Shown: positions 24,521 through 37,385, counted from the first letter of the whole stretch. The stretch: DNA of 63,752 nt, filler included, from Octopus bimaculoides (GCF_001194135.2; 8 parts of 8 records of this genome joined end to end with filler, not necessarily neighbours in it), one strand, 5' to 3'. The notes: generated by a model not told the origin, from the sequence alone. Numbers and translations are program-made.

Positions 24521-24672
24521 TACGACAGGCTTCTACCAAATCCACTCACATGGCTTTGGTCGGCCCGAGGGTAGAGTAGAATAGAGTAGCCGAAGGTACC
24601 ACGCAGTGGGACTGAACCCGGAACCGTGTGGTTCGTAAGCAAGCTACTTACCACACAGCTACTCCTGCGCCT
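24521..24672 (-). mobile_element. SINE family A head
   Basis: acgcagtgggactgaacccggaaccgtgtggttcgtaagcaagctacttaccacacagctactcctgcgcct. Confidence 0.88.
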
Positions 24673-24675
24673 ATA

Positions 24676-25690
24676 TTTGTAAGACTTTCCAGAGACTTAT
24701 CGTTTAAGTATGTGAATACTTGTATTTGAATACATAGATAAAACAAAACATACACGTCTGCACATATACACTGACTCCAAATATTGCACATACACAGGAA
24801 TGCATACGAAAATGGCCTTTTGATGTGGTTGAAATTCTAATAAAAGACACTTAGTTCTAGGTTAGAAACCTGCTCTTTATCTATTGACGAAATATATTGA
24901 AAAATTAATCAGAATAATGACATACAAACCTACACATGTATGTCAACTACCCGGATGGTAGGAATGCTTCTTCAGAAATCGAAGGCAAAACAGATTACTA
25001 TCGACAAATGTTTCGAAACCTTCGGTTTTTATACTCATTTTATAAAATAACTTTTTTACCAGTCATAATTGCTATAACTGGTTTTGTTAGTAAATTCTAA
25101 GTGACAATATGGAACAACTAGGATTTGAAAAAGATTAAATCAATCACGTCAAACGAACTGCTGAAATACAATTTTTAAGCTGAACAGTAAAAATGTGCAA
25201 GACTTTTCTGAAACTAGACTTGTAACAATGTATTTGTTATCTGTATTCAAATGATAGAGATTTTGTATCTTTGTAAGAAGCCAGGTGCTTCATAACATAG
25301 GTACTTCAAATATTTATTAATAGAAAATAACAAAAATAGATGTATGCATACATACACACATACAAGTAAACAATACCAGTCATAATGGGTACTGCTGGTG
25401 TTGTTAGTAAATACTAAGTGACAATCTGGAACAGCTAGGATTTGAAAAAAATAAATTAAATCAACCAGCTAAAATGCTCTGTAGAAATACAATCTGTAAA
25501 CGGAAAAGTAAGAATATGCAAGACTTTTCTGAAACTAGACATGTGACAATGTTTTGTTATCTCCAGCGATGGAGATTCTGTATCTTTGTAAGACGCCAGG
25601 TGCTTCATAACATGAAAACTTCAAATATTTATAAATGAAAGATAACAAAAAGAGATGTATGCATACATACATACATACATATATACATAC
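24676..25690 (+). mobile_element. Three head-to-tail 3' ends of RLE retroelements (about 24676-24945, 24950-25365, 25372-25690)
   Basis: Unit 1 matches 16340-16565. Units 2 and 3 translate to ..LPVIIA/PVIMG..EQLGFEK..VKMCKTFLKL. Each unit ends in a CATA-type repeat. Confidence 0.8.
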
Positions 25691-26943
25691 ATACATACAT
25701 TAATACACAGGCACACTCACAAGTATACAATGCAAAAAAGACGTATTACGTAGAAGAAAACACAATATCTTAATACATGAATAGCAAAGACAGTAAATAA
25801 ATAATATTAAACATCATGAATACATTAAAATGACAACAAAAAAACAAAACAAAAAAAAAGCGAGAGAGAAATGGAAAGAAAGAAAAACAATAATCAATTT
25901 AAATAGGTGAAATTGTTTTTACTGCAAATATACATAGCTAATGAAATTGAATGCGTGTCGCTTCACTTTGAAATGACAAGGCTGTTTTTTCCATGTGTGT
26001 GTTTGAGTCCATGTGTGTGNNNNNNNNNNNNNNNNNNNNNNNNNNNNNNNNNNNNNNNNNNNNNNNNNNNNNNNNNNNNNNNNNNNNNNNNNNNNNNNNN
26101 NNNNNNNNNNNNNNNNNNNNNNNNNNNNNNNNNNNNNNNNNNNNNNNNNNNNNNNNNNNNNNNNNNNNNNNNNNNNNNNNNNNNNNNNNNNNNNNNNNNN
26201 NNNNNNNNNNNNNNNNNNNNNNNNNNNNNNNNNNNNNNNNNNNNNNNNNNNNNNNNNNNNNNNNNNNNNNNNNNNNNNNNNNNNNNNNNNNNNNNNNNNN
26301 NNNNNNNNNNNNNNNNNNNNNNNNNNNNNNNNNNNNNNNNNNNNNNNNNNNNNNNNNNNNNNNNNNNNNNNNNNNNNNNNNNNNNNNNNNNNNNNNNNNN
26401 NNNNNNNNNNNNNNNNNNNNNNNNNNNNNNNNNNNNNNNNNNNNNNNNNNNNNNNNNNNNNNNNNNNNNNNNNNNNNNNNNNNNNNNNNNNNNNNNNNNN
26501 NNNNNNNNNNNNNNNNNNNNNNNNNNNNNNNNNNNNNNNNNNNNNNNNNNNNNNNNNNNNNNNNNNNNNNNNNNNNNNNNNNNNNNNNNNNNNNNNNNNN
26601 NNNNNNNNNNNNNNNNNNNNNNNNNNNNNNNNNNNNNNNNNNNNNNNNNNNNNNNNNNNNNNNNNNNNNNNNNNNNNNNNNNNNNNNNNNNNNNNNNNNN
26701 NNNNNNNNNNNNNNNNNNNNNNNNNNNNNNNNNNNNNNNNNNNNNNNNNNNNNNNNNNNNNNNNNNNNNNNNNNNNNNNNNNNNNNNNNNNNNNNNNNNN
26801 NNNNNNNNNNNNNNNNNNNNNNNNNNNNNNNNNNNNNNNNNNNNNNNNNNTTTCTCTCTCTCCCTCTGTCTCTCTCTTTCTCTGCTGATTTGATCATCTA
26901 AGTGGCCAGACGGTTTCTTTTTTAAACCCATCATTCACTGATG

Positions 26944-26971
26944 TTTATCTATCTATCTATCTATCTATCTA

Positions 26972-27010
<39 letters not shown>

Positions 27011-27160
27011 GTCTATCGATCGATCGATCTATATATTTTTCTGTCAGTCTGCCCGTCTGTCAAGATGTCTGTTTGTCAGTCAGTAAGTCTGCCTGTCTCT
27101 CTGACTGTCTGTCTGTCTCTCTGACTGTCTGTCTGTCTCTCTGACTGTCTGTCTGCGTTT
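26944..27160. repeat. (TCTA)/(TCTG) compound microsatellite
   Basis: Tetranucleotide runs. Confidence 0.9.
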
Positions 27161-28456
27161 TCGTCTGGCTGTTTGTCTGTTAATCTATCTACCTATGTAT
27201 CTAACGTACACATAAGCAAACAAATATATTATATATATATGTGTGTGTGTGTGTGTAGGAGTTTCTGTGTAGGTGAATGCGACGGTGAGTACGCGTGCGC
27301 GTAGTCGTATGTGTATGTGAGTGTTTAATAGTGACTTCGAAATTTTACCGGCAATGGATTTTTATCAGACTGTTTGAAATCTTCCCAGCATCTTAAACGC
27401 TATATTAAAAACTTGCGTTCAATACCTACAATGAACAAAGTATTTTAATGTACGAGTCACGTGCATTCGCACTATAAATTAAGATAAGCATGTCGTCAGG
27501 ATACTGGCCAATGAAAACACAGAATATATGACGTTTGACTAAACATTGCTGTCTTTAGTATTGCCACAGAAGATCATTAATTAAAATCTCCCTCATTAAC
27601 CACAATAAGAAAGTAAAAAAAAAATTACGAAAACATTCAAATATTCTAAGACAGACATAAAAGTTATAAACCTCATCACATTAAGAATAAAATTTGGACA
27701 AACAAGTATCACAATTTGTCGGCAGCTGTCCATGCATTTACGACAAGCCGCCGTAGCAACATATAGTATTACGCAATATTATACAAAAGAAAAGTCACTA
27801 GAAAATTAGCAGTCAGTAACATAACCATCTTATATAGAATCTTGGAGGAAAAATCTTCCAGATAATTGATAATAAAAGCGATATGAATTGCCAAATATGA
27901 CGGAAAACCTAGCAACAAAATGGCGGATCGAAGCAATCAACGAAATCTAGACACCAGTGCCAAATTATTTGATGAAAGTCGAAAGAAAGTCAATGTCATC
28001 GGTCAACTAATATTTCAATTCTATCGGTAGCAAATGAGAAACAGAGACAACATTAATTCTAGAATTTTCTTCTGTAATAAACCAGAAATAACAACCGTCA
28101 TCGAAAGATTTCTCAGAGACGATTTTAACATCGAGAAAGAAAATGCCGAGACCTCGAAGCTGTGCGGCGCGGAAAATTTATCGTTTCATTCCGATGGAGA
28201 TAATAATGGTCTTTGAGAAAATACTTAATATAAGAATTAATAACTAAAGAAGAGACTTATTTTTATAATGTACGTACATGTGCGGATATATATACATGCA
28301 TATATANNNNNNNNNNNNNNNNNNNNNNNNNNNNNNNNNNNNNNNNNNNNTTAATTAATTAANNNNNNNNNNNNNNNNNNNNNNNNNNNNNNNNNNNNNN
28401 NNNNNNATCCTTCCACAAATGGTTAGAGACTGTTATGAATACTATGAAGAGGCTGA

Positions 28457-29225
28457 AGGCAGCGATCAGGCAGACTCGTTAGCATGTCGGACAAAATGCT
28501 TAGCGGCCTTGCTTCCGATTTTACGTCCTGAGTTCATATGCCACCGAGGTCGACTTTGCTTTTCATCGCTTTCGAGGTCGATAAAATAAGTACAAGTTGA
28601 GTACTGGGCTCGATGTACTGGACTTACCTTCCCCGCAATTGCTGGCCTTGTGCCAAATTTAGAGACCAATGTTATGAGGACACTGCAGCTGGCGAGCTGT
28701 CAGACTCGTTAGCATGTCGGACAAAATGCTTAGTGGCATTTCTTCCGTATTTACATTCTGAGCTCAAATTCTGCCAAGGTGGACTTTTCCCTTGCATCCT
28801 TCAGGATCGATGAAATGTGTAATAGTTTGTAACTGGAGTTGATTTAATCGACTGACCGCCTCCCGTTAAATTTCATGTCTTGTAGAAAAAGAGAAAAGAA
28901 TATTACGAGGACGTCAGATTGGCACACTCGTAATAGTGCCGGACTTTATGGACTTTATGCTTTTTATTCCGGCTCTTAGTTTTCTGAGTTCAAACTTCAC
29001 CGATGTTAAATTTGCTTTCTGTCCTTTCGGAGTCAATAAAATAAAGTACCAATTAAATACTGGGGTCGATTACATCGACTAACGCCCTCTCGAAACTTTG
29101 GTCTAAATTAGAAGGAGGCGAATGGTAGAACTAGTAAGGCATTGATCACTGTTTTGCAGTTCCCTTTACGTTCTGAGTTCAAAAGTCGTGTGTTACTTTG
29201 TACCAGTCATCTACTGGGATCAGTA
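28457..29225 (+). mobile_element. Tandem array of about 4 SINE family D copies
   Basis: Repeated cagactcgttagcatgtcggacaaaatgcttag..ctgag(t/c)tca..tcgataaaataagtac motifs. Confidence 0.85.
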
Positions 29226-29644
29226 GGACTTAGTGAATGAAATCCTTTCGGTTTGAACTATCTCTTCAGATTTTGTTGAAAATTTCAACAGAGACGTAAT
29301 CTTTCACACAGGCGTCATTGGTTGAATTAAAACAAATTCTTAATTATCAGTTTCTCCCTAAAATATTTACGATTTTCGAATTGAGCGAGAGAAAGTAGTT
29401 ATTTTCAAATGCGAAAATATATTTCAAATGAAAAAAAATAGTGCAGAAAATATGAAAATTAAACAAATAAGGCATAACGAAAAATACAGAATGACTTATG
29501 ATAAAAGCATTAATTTGAATAGTGAGAAAATATGAATAGTAGGTAGAGCAAACCGACCACTACCACCACCACCACCACCATAAAAAAATGGTACCCACCC
29601 ACTGCATTACCACCACCAAGAAAAACAGTAGCAACAACTCGTAT

Positions 29645-30240
29645 GTCGAAACTTGGCAGTTAGAGGCTCGAACAGATTGAATTGTACAAGTTATCTTGGA
29701 GCCCAAATCTCTGATGAAACCATATGTAATAAAGAAATTAGGACACTGCTAGCCATAGCAAGAACATCCATGGAAAAGATTAATAAAATCTGGAGCAGCA
29801 AAAGTGTTCTAAGTTAAAAACGCGGCTGGTGTGAGCGCTTATTTGGCGAATAGGTATTTATAGTTGCGAAGCATGGATTTTGAGCAAATCTGAATAGGAT
29901 ATAATCAATGCATTTGAAATGTGAATGGATCTGAGAATATTACGAGTCTCTTACAAAGACCATCGGACAGATGAATGGGTGTTACAATAAATAGGAGAAA
30001 GACGACAACTCCTGAACATTATTAAAGAGCAAGAGCTCATCTATTATGGCCATGTCCAAAGAAACAAAGGTTTGGAAAACATTATCATGGAAGGAAGAGT
30101 AGATCAAGAGGCTGGCAAAGAAAGCCATGAGTGGACAATATGAGATGGTTGGATAAGGCAGATGGAGAACTCGTGTTTGATTGTAGTGTCATTAAAGTGC
30201 TGCAGGCGTAAGATTCATCACGACAACGAAGACGACGCTG
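29645..30240 (+). mobile_element. RTE-clade LINE 3' fragment
   Basis: Broken frame YLGAQISD..KEIRTLLAIA..IYSCEAWILSK..INAFEM..LRILRVSYKDHRTDEWVL..YYGHVQR..IIMEGRV. Confidence 0.8.
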
Positions 30241-31493
30241 TCAAGAGAAAAGACGACTGTTTGCCTGAGGAATTTTATCCGGAAATTGGCGAAGACGAAA
30301 GCAACAGCTTTGTTTTTCATACAAGGGCGTATAGCATTTCCATAAGCTGTCAAAAGAGGATGTGAGAAGGCAGGTACAAATCATGCGTTACACACCAGCC
30401 TACAGACAGCACTACAGTACATGCATAAAAAAAACCCCCACAAACTTATAAATCAGAATAAGGACATGTCGTCACATTCGGCAATGGTCCATGCGAAGCC
30501 GACATGTCATATGTTGTCAGATGGTGTCTGATTGGACACTCAGATGATCCTTATTAACTCGAAGACCACAAAGTTAGCTCGAAATTATGCACTTTTGAGG
30601 GATCGGAGAGGAGATCAATCGGACTGAGAATTCAGAGTAGAATGTTAATTTGCTACACGAATCGAAGTAAAAAAACAAAAAACAAAAAAAACACACACAT
30701 ACACACACAAGAAGCTTTTCTGCCTTAGAGAAAATGGGTTTGGTGGGAACTGTGTCAAATATGCATTGTGTGAAGAGCTGACTCCATGTGGCTATTGTGT
30801 GTTTTAGTGTCGACTGCTTTGTCGTATCAGACCAGCTCTGATGAGTCACTGAGCTATTTGAGCTGTTTGTACAACTCATAAAGCTAAACAAGTTCGCCTT
30901 GGTGGTAAACAAATTTTACATTGCAGCAAGCAAGCATGTCGTTTAATCCAAGGACAGCACCCATTGAATACACCTTTGATTAAAAGAAACCCACTCGTGA
31001 CCATCTCTGTTTCAGGGGTTCGTAGGATTATACTATTCCATTGTTTCGATAGGATATGATTTGGCTATAGCTTCTGGTAATTCGAGCAACCGAAAGGTCT
31101 CTCCTGAACTTCTGCAGATTCTGGTTACGATCATTGTAGATGTGTGCAAGGTCACAAAGTAACAATTGCTGGTTGTGTACACCTATTGTATGAGGTATTC
31201 GTCCTACTACAGTATTTGGAGGTAGTGAGGTCATTGTTTGGAGCTATTTATATATGGACATGACTTTTATGTCGGTCTGTGTGGAGTAGAGGAGCAAATA
31301 CTGTTTTTATAGGTTACTGCAGTAGTGCTCGGAGTTCTGACGGATGTGTCTGTTTATTGGAGGCACTCTTTCATATAAGGATAGGCGCCACGAGGGGCGG
31401 AATCTTATTGTGCAAACAGACTATGTTCGTTTGCCTTTCATTGGCATGTTTTCTATGTATGTTGCGAGTGTTATGAAAGTGTTATGTATAAAT

Positions 31494-31662
31494 AGGTACA
31501 GCTATGGCTGCATGGTTAAGAAAGGCTTTACGTAACCACGTTGTTTCGGGTTCACTCCTACTGCGTGGAACGTTGGGAAAATGCCTTGTATTTTAGTTCT
31601 GGACCGACCAGTGTCTTGTGAGTGTATTCGATTCACGGAAGCTGTGTGGAAGCCTTTCGTAC
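31494..31662 (+). mobile_element. SINE family A head, diverged
   Basis: aaccacgttgtttcgggttcactcctactgcgtggaacgttggg...ttgtgagtgtatt. Confidence 0.75.
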
Positions 31663-31689
31663 ATACTTACGTCACTCCAAACACTCGAT

Positions 31690-32560
31690 AGGAAATACAA
31701 GACCCATCATGTCCTCTGGTGTCACCCGATCTGAGGCTTAAACATCTCATCCAGGATCGCGAAACAGTTCTTCGCTCCACTCGATCGTTGCTTCCCTAAA
31801 AATGGCATGTACAGTAAAATATTCAATCGGCACATTGTAAAACTGTCCTATGCACACTCCTCAAATATAGAACACCACGTTCGTAGGATTAATAATCGAA
31901 AACTCAAACAGCGAGCAGACTGCACTCAAAATAGCCCCTAAAATTGTCCGTGAAGACAATGCAAGTACCAAGCACATAACGCATCACAATTACTTGAACA
32001 ATTACTTGAACAATAATACCAATCAATCCAGAAAAACAACTGCAATAACTACACTAATCAACCAACACATGACAGCCGCAACGATTCAAACAACATCACA
32101 AATACACCCAATAATAAAAATAATAATAGGTTAACCACGACCACGAATGTAAATAGAACTAACTGATCTAGCACTGGCAGCAGACACGCAAAGAAAAAAA
32201 CAAAATGACCATTTATGCTCATGCAGGGACCAATCGCAATGTCCCCTGGACAACCAATGCATGACCAGAAATGTGGTTTATAAGTGCACCGTAAACACTA
32301 GAAGAGGCCCCTGTCTATATATCGGCGCGTCGGCCGATATTTTCAAAAATCGGTAGTGCAACCACATTGCCAGTTTTCGATAAATCCTTAAATGGCACGC
32401 AACATCACTGGCCAATTTCGTCTGGCGACTCAAGGACGAGATGGCAAATTATAACTTGACATGGTCAATAATTAGACATGCGAGTTCCTATAACACACTA
32501 TCCCGGAAATGCCACTGTCAATATTATCAACAAAGGAGCGGATTATAAAGAGATTTACAG
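31690..32560 (+). mobile_element. Penelope-like element fragment (RT thumb, Cys linker, GIY-YIG endonuclease)
   Basis: LDRCFPKNGMYSKIFNRHIVKLSY..CSCRDQSQCPLDNQCMTRNVVYKCTV..LYIGAS..FKNR..NH..TSLANFVWRLK..TWSII. Confidence 0.85.
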
Positions 32561-32772
32561 AACGACTACCCAGATGCATGCATACAGATAAACACACGTT
32601 CACATACTACAGCGTAATCTACACCTAACTGATACAAACCTAACACGGACAACTCGGATTGATTCCCTTCCGCTGAGCTAAAACTTCATGAACTGCAACC
32701 GTAGAACCTTACTAAGGAAGGACCGCATGCGAATGCTACGTGTTTAGACATGTGACTTTACAATGCAATCGA

Positions 32773-33030
<258 letters not shown>

Positions 33031-33159
33031 ATTCTTTGTATTTATTTCCATAAGGTACGTGTTGTGAAAACTTCTGCAGATACATCTGTTGTATTTTGGA
33101 TGATTCATTCTGTAACTATAATCACACACGTTGGTTGTAATTTACTTTATTTTTTTTCA

Positions 33160-33312
33160 TTTATCTTTTACCTGTTTCAGTCATTGGACTATGGCCATGC
33201 TGGGATACTGCCTTGAAGGGCTTAGCCAAACAAATCGACACCAGTAATTATTTTTTTAAGTCTTGCATTTGTTCTATCGATCTCTTTTGCCAAACCGCTA
33301 TGTCACGAGAAC
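33160..33312 (-). mobile_element. SINE family A 3' tail
   Basis: tcttttacctgtttcagtcattggactatggccatgctggg...caaatcgac. Confidence 0.8.
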
Positions 33313-33324
33313 ACATACATACAT

Positions 33325-33490
33325 ACGCAAATCTGTAATTCATGCACTACAAATGGTCACGACATCTGGAACTCAAAAATCTGCAAGACCTTCTTCAGAA
33401 TAAAAGGATCCTGAACTAAACAAGATGCTTTCCTTCACAACTCTGCTACCAAGCAGGTGACCGGTTAAAATTTACTCTAAATTAAAAAGA
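33325..33490 (+). mobile_element. RLE retroelement 3' end (further subfamily) following (CATA)3
   Basis: ctacaaatggtcacgacatctggaactcaaaaatctgcaagaccttc resembles LQ..T.SGT.KICKTF. Confidence 0.5.
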
Positions 33491-33609
33491 GAAAGAGAAG
33501 AGCATACACACACACACACACACACGCTGAGCTTCTGTAAGTTGTTTTCGTTACGGTTTTTCACAACACCCACAAACCGGACAGGATACTTCTGGATCTG
33601 TTGTAAAAA

Positions 33610-33755
33610 CGAGGCGTCACCTTACTTTTCCTACAATCCCTTCTGATAAGTACCGGAATTTCTGAAACCACCGTTGACACTGGCTTACGCTTATTGTCCG
33701 ATCCTCGTATACTGCATTAATATTCCTCGTACTTTCCATTCCGTTGCATAGCATG
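33610..33755 (-). mobile_element. Mariner transposase N-terminal (HTH) fragment
   Basis: NGMESTRNINAVYEDRTISVSQCQRWFQKFR. Confidence 0.75.
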
Positions 33756-34016
33756 GTATGCATGTGCAGCCATCTGTGTATGTGCATCTGAGCACACATA
33801 TAGGTATTCGTGTGTTTATGTTTCTGTATCCATGTATATCTGTATATGGTAATGTATACATGCATATGCATGTATATATGAGTTTTTATGACTCTTTATA
33901 TGGCTTTTTATATACTTTTTGTATGTTTTTATATTTTTCTTTTTTTATTTTTTATTTTTATTTTTTAATTTTTTATTTGCATTTAAATTTTGCAAAATTC
34001 ATGAATTGAATTTTGT

Positions 34017-34152
34017 AAATCTCTGAAGAGGCCTAGTGAATCCTGCATGTACCCCCATTACATCATTTTCATCTACTAATTACTCCAGCGTACGGGAGCT
34101 ATAGAGCTAGAATGGGGCATGCCAACACTAGGCCGAAACAGCTGTAAGATTT
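34017..34152 (+). ncRNA. Type-I hammerhead ribozyme with elongated stem II
   Basis: Stem I AAATCT/AGATTT; CTGAAGA (34023-34029); stem II GGCCTAGTG/CACTAGGCC; GAAA (34135-34138); stem III C-AGCT-G; GUA cleavage triplet (34144-34146). Confidence 0.75.
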
Positions 34153-35392
34153 TGCCCCTTCTCCAATTGCTAAATGTCCATTAAATTTGAAATCTTAATT
34201 GTTGATATGACATGGTATGTCATAAGTGTCTGTATATTGTCTTTTTTGTCATTTTGGTTATAAAATAAACAGATTAATCAACGGAATACAGTGTCTGCAA
34301 GTTGATGAGTACCTCATATTCCCTTCAAAACTAGTTTGATAAGTCCAACGCACGGAACTCTCGGATCTTGAGTCAATGTTGTTTCTGATAAATATTAAAC
34401 ATATATATAATTATATATAATAAACACACACACACACATACACACACACACACACACTCNNNNNNNNNNNNNNNNNNNNNNNNNNNNNNNNNNNNNNNNN
34501 NNNNNNNNNNNNNNNNNNNNNNNNNNNNNNNNNNNNNNNNNNNNNNNNNNNNNNNNNNNNNNNNNNNNNNNNNNNNNNNNNNNNNNNNNNNNNNNNNNNN
34601 NNNNNNNNNNNNNNNNNNNNNNNNNNNNNNNNNNNNNNNNNNNNNNNNNNNNNNNNNNNNNNNNNNNNNNNNNNNNNNNNNNNNNNNNNNNNNNNNNNNN
34701 NNNNNNNNNNNNNNNNNNNNNNNNNNNNNNNNNNNNNNNNNNNNNNNNNNNNNNNNNNNNNNNNNNNNNNNNNNNNNNNNNNNNNNNNNNNNNNNNNNNN
34801 NNNNNNNNNNNNNNNNNNNNNNNNNNNNNNNNNNNNNNNNNNNNNNNNNNNNNNNNNNNNNNNNNNNNNNNNNNNNNNNNNNNNNNNNNNNNNNNNNNNN
34901 NNNNNNNNNNNNNNNNNNNNNNNNNNNNNNNNNNNNNNNNNNNNNNNNNNNNNNNNNNNNNNNNNNNNNNNNNNNNNNNNNNNNNNNNNNNNNNNNNNNN
35001 NNNNNNNNNNNNNNNNNNNNNNNNNNNNNNNNNNNNNNNNNNNNNNNNNNNNNNNNNNNNNNNNNNNNNNNNNNNNNNNNNNNNNNNNNNNNNNNNNNNN
35101 NNNNNNNNNNNNNNNNNNNNNNNNNNNNNNNNNNNNNNNNNNNNNNNNNNNNNNNNNNNNNNNNNNNNNNNNNNNNNNNNNNNNNNNNNNNNNNNNNNNN
35201 NNNNNNNNNNNNNNNNNNNNNNNNNNNNNNNNNNNNNNNNNNNNNNNNNNNNNNNNNNNNNNNNNNNNNNNNNNNNNNNNNNNNNNNNNNNNNNNNNNNN
35301 NNNNNNNNNNNNNNNNNNNNNNNNNNNNNNNNNNNNNNNNNNNNNNNNNNNNNNNNNNNNNNNNNNNNNNNNNNNNNNNNNNNNNNNNNNNN

Positions 35393-35945
35393 TGATAAAG
35401 AGGGAAGATTTGGTATTTCGGGTTTATGTTTATGGGCCATTGGTCATGGCGTTTGCTTACGGGAATTTTCCTAGTCGTGGGATCCCGGATTTGTTGCCTG
35501 TTCACCGTTAGTCTGTCCCTCAAGGTTAAATTAGTTTGACCTATGTAGTCTCCACCACACCCTCCACACTTGAGCACATAGATTAAGTTCTTCGAAGCAC
35601 AGGGGAAGTGATTTTTTTTATGGTAAAAGTTTGACTTGACTTAAATTTGTATGTTGAGCCCTCTAAGAGGAAGATGTAAGTTCCGCAGTTTTTGTGGGTA
35701 ATATGACACTGCTGAGCAACTTTATTAAGGATTGCGGTTGTCTCTTGTTTTTGATAATCCTATGTGTTTCCAGTGCCTTTTGTCTTTGCAGGTCCTTTAT
35801 AAGAAAGGGTATGTTTTGGTTGATGATATTACATGCTTCCATGTTTCTCGGATTGTGTGTTGATACGTAAGATAAAGTTTTAAATGTGTTATGATGTTTT
35901 CTTGTCTTCCGTAACTTTTGGATGTCTATCACTTTTCAGCGTGTC
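35393..35945 (-). mobile_element. Penelope-like element (Neptune-like) GIY-YIG fragment
   Basis: YVSTHNPRN..KRQPQSLIKLL..CASKNLIYVLKCGGCGGDYIGQTNLTLRDRLTVNRQQIRDP. Confidence 0.85.
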
Positions 35946-36054
35946 GAGTGACATTACTAAGAAGAATAAAGATATATGGAATACCATTCAAGATAAAATA
36001 CAAAATGGCTGATATTTAGCAAGGTGAGACACACATAAGAAGGAAGGAAACAAA

Positions 36055-36099
36055 GGACCACTGATGAGGTCACAGAAGTGTGACGAAAGAACTCTGGCC
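36055..36099 (+). ncRNA. Degenerate minimal hammerhead candidate next to the Penelope fragment
   Basis: CCA-CTGATGA-G-GTCAC-agaagt-GTGAC-GAAA-G-aa-C-TC-TGG. There is one extra G before stem II and stem I is short. Confidence 0.4.
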
Positions 36100-36339
36100 G
36101 AAATAAGATTAAGATTAATGTAATATAAAGCTGAAGCAAATTAACACCAAATATACAGTGCGTGTGTTTTTATTGGCTAAACTGGCAATATGACCATCCC
36201 CAAGTACAACAACATTCAAGATAAGTTCTCGATTTATTGAAATTGTTTTCGTTTGGAGAGATGGCTGACCGATTCTGAATAAGGAGCGATACGCTGAAGA
36301 TTAAAAAGAATTCTCCGAAATTAACATAGTATTTGCCAC

Positions 36340-36770
36340 AAAACCAGCAATTTCATGTGAGGGTCGAAGTTGATCACCTCGACCCCAGTTTTCAATTTGT
36401 ATTTATTTTATAGAACTCACAGGGATGAATGGCAAAAATCGACTTCGACGGAATTTTAACTCAGAACGTAAAGACGGGGGGAAATTCCGCTAAGAATTTT
36501 GCCTGGCGTGCTAACAATTAAGGAAAAGAGTAGCGTGGTACATTGGTGTGAATTGTAGAACGTTTCACTGTGAGTTCGTATGTATGCGGGTTTGAATTAT
36601 ATCCAGAGTGCCACGCAGTACACTTTAAATTTGATTCCGTCGAGGCTGTCATTTGTCTTTTATCCATTCCAGTATCGGTAAGATAAATACCATTTCAGGA
36701 TTGAAACCGATGTAATTAATTTACCCACTCTCTTGAATTGCTGACTTTGTGCAAAAGTTTGAAAGTAAAA
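36340..36770. mobile_element. Two SINE family D copies in opposite orientation (about 36340-36520 minus, 36590-36770 plus)
   Basis: gggatgaatggcaaaaatcgacttcgacggaattttaactcagaacgtaaagacgg; ccgtcgaggctgtcatttgtctttatccatt..aaataccat. Confidence 0.7.
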
Positions 36771-36874
36771 CCAATGAAAGAGCGTGTGATCTTTTTTTTT
36801 CCTCGAATTAAGTAAACGGATGTACATATGTTTCAGTATCGTTCTATTACCGTTCTATTAGTGAAATCATTATC

Positions 36875-37385
36875 GTTATGGTCTTCACATTTATAAATTT
36901 TATTATAATGATGTTTATTGTTGTTGTAGGAATTGTGTTTTATGGTGATATTAACCTATTATAGGATAATAGGTTAATTCTATTTTCTATGTTAGAGACT
37001 AGATTATTTATCATATTACAAGGATGGTTACTTTGTGCATATATGTAGGTGATATTACTATTAAGTTTATAGTAGGATTAGTTATATGACAGAAAATAGA
37101 ATTAACCTATTATCCCCCATAAGGACATTTTTAACAAGCATAAAGACTATTATAATCTAACACTTAAATAGGATATAACTATTGAATTAAGTACGACAAA
37201 AACAACAATGCCTATTCTAATCATCTCAACAATTATCTAGATAGGAACAACAATGAAACCCAGGCACACAGTTTAATTCTCTCAATAATATTCATCAGCA
37301 AAACATAATTAAAATAATAAAACACAATTCCTACAACAACAATAAACATCATTATGATAAAACCTGTAAATATGAACACCATAAC
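36875..37385. repeat. Nested inverted repeat with flipped strand asymmetry (possible rearranged NUMT or MITE)
   Basis: Outer arms 36875-36943 / 37317-37385; inner arms about 36963-36988 / 37090-37114. The left half is GT-rich and the right half AC-rich. Confidence 0.65.

Noticed and set aside
30830-30890. CTGATGAG with an AGCT/AGCT stem I-like pair
   Set aside because: There is no GAAA core or closing stem II; at best a decayed remnant.
31016-31420. AG-preceded frames with CxC motifs (DHCRCVQGH, SDGCVCLL)
   Set aside because: They are too short and nonspecific to call EGF-like exons.
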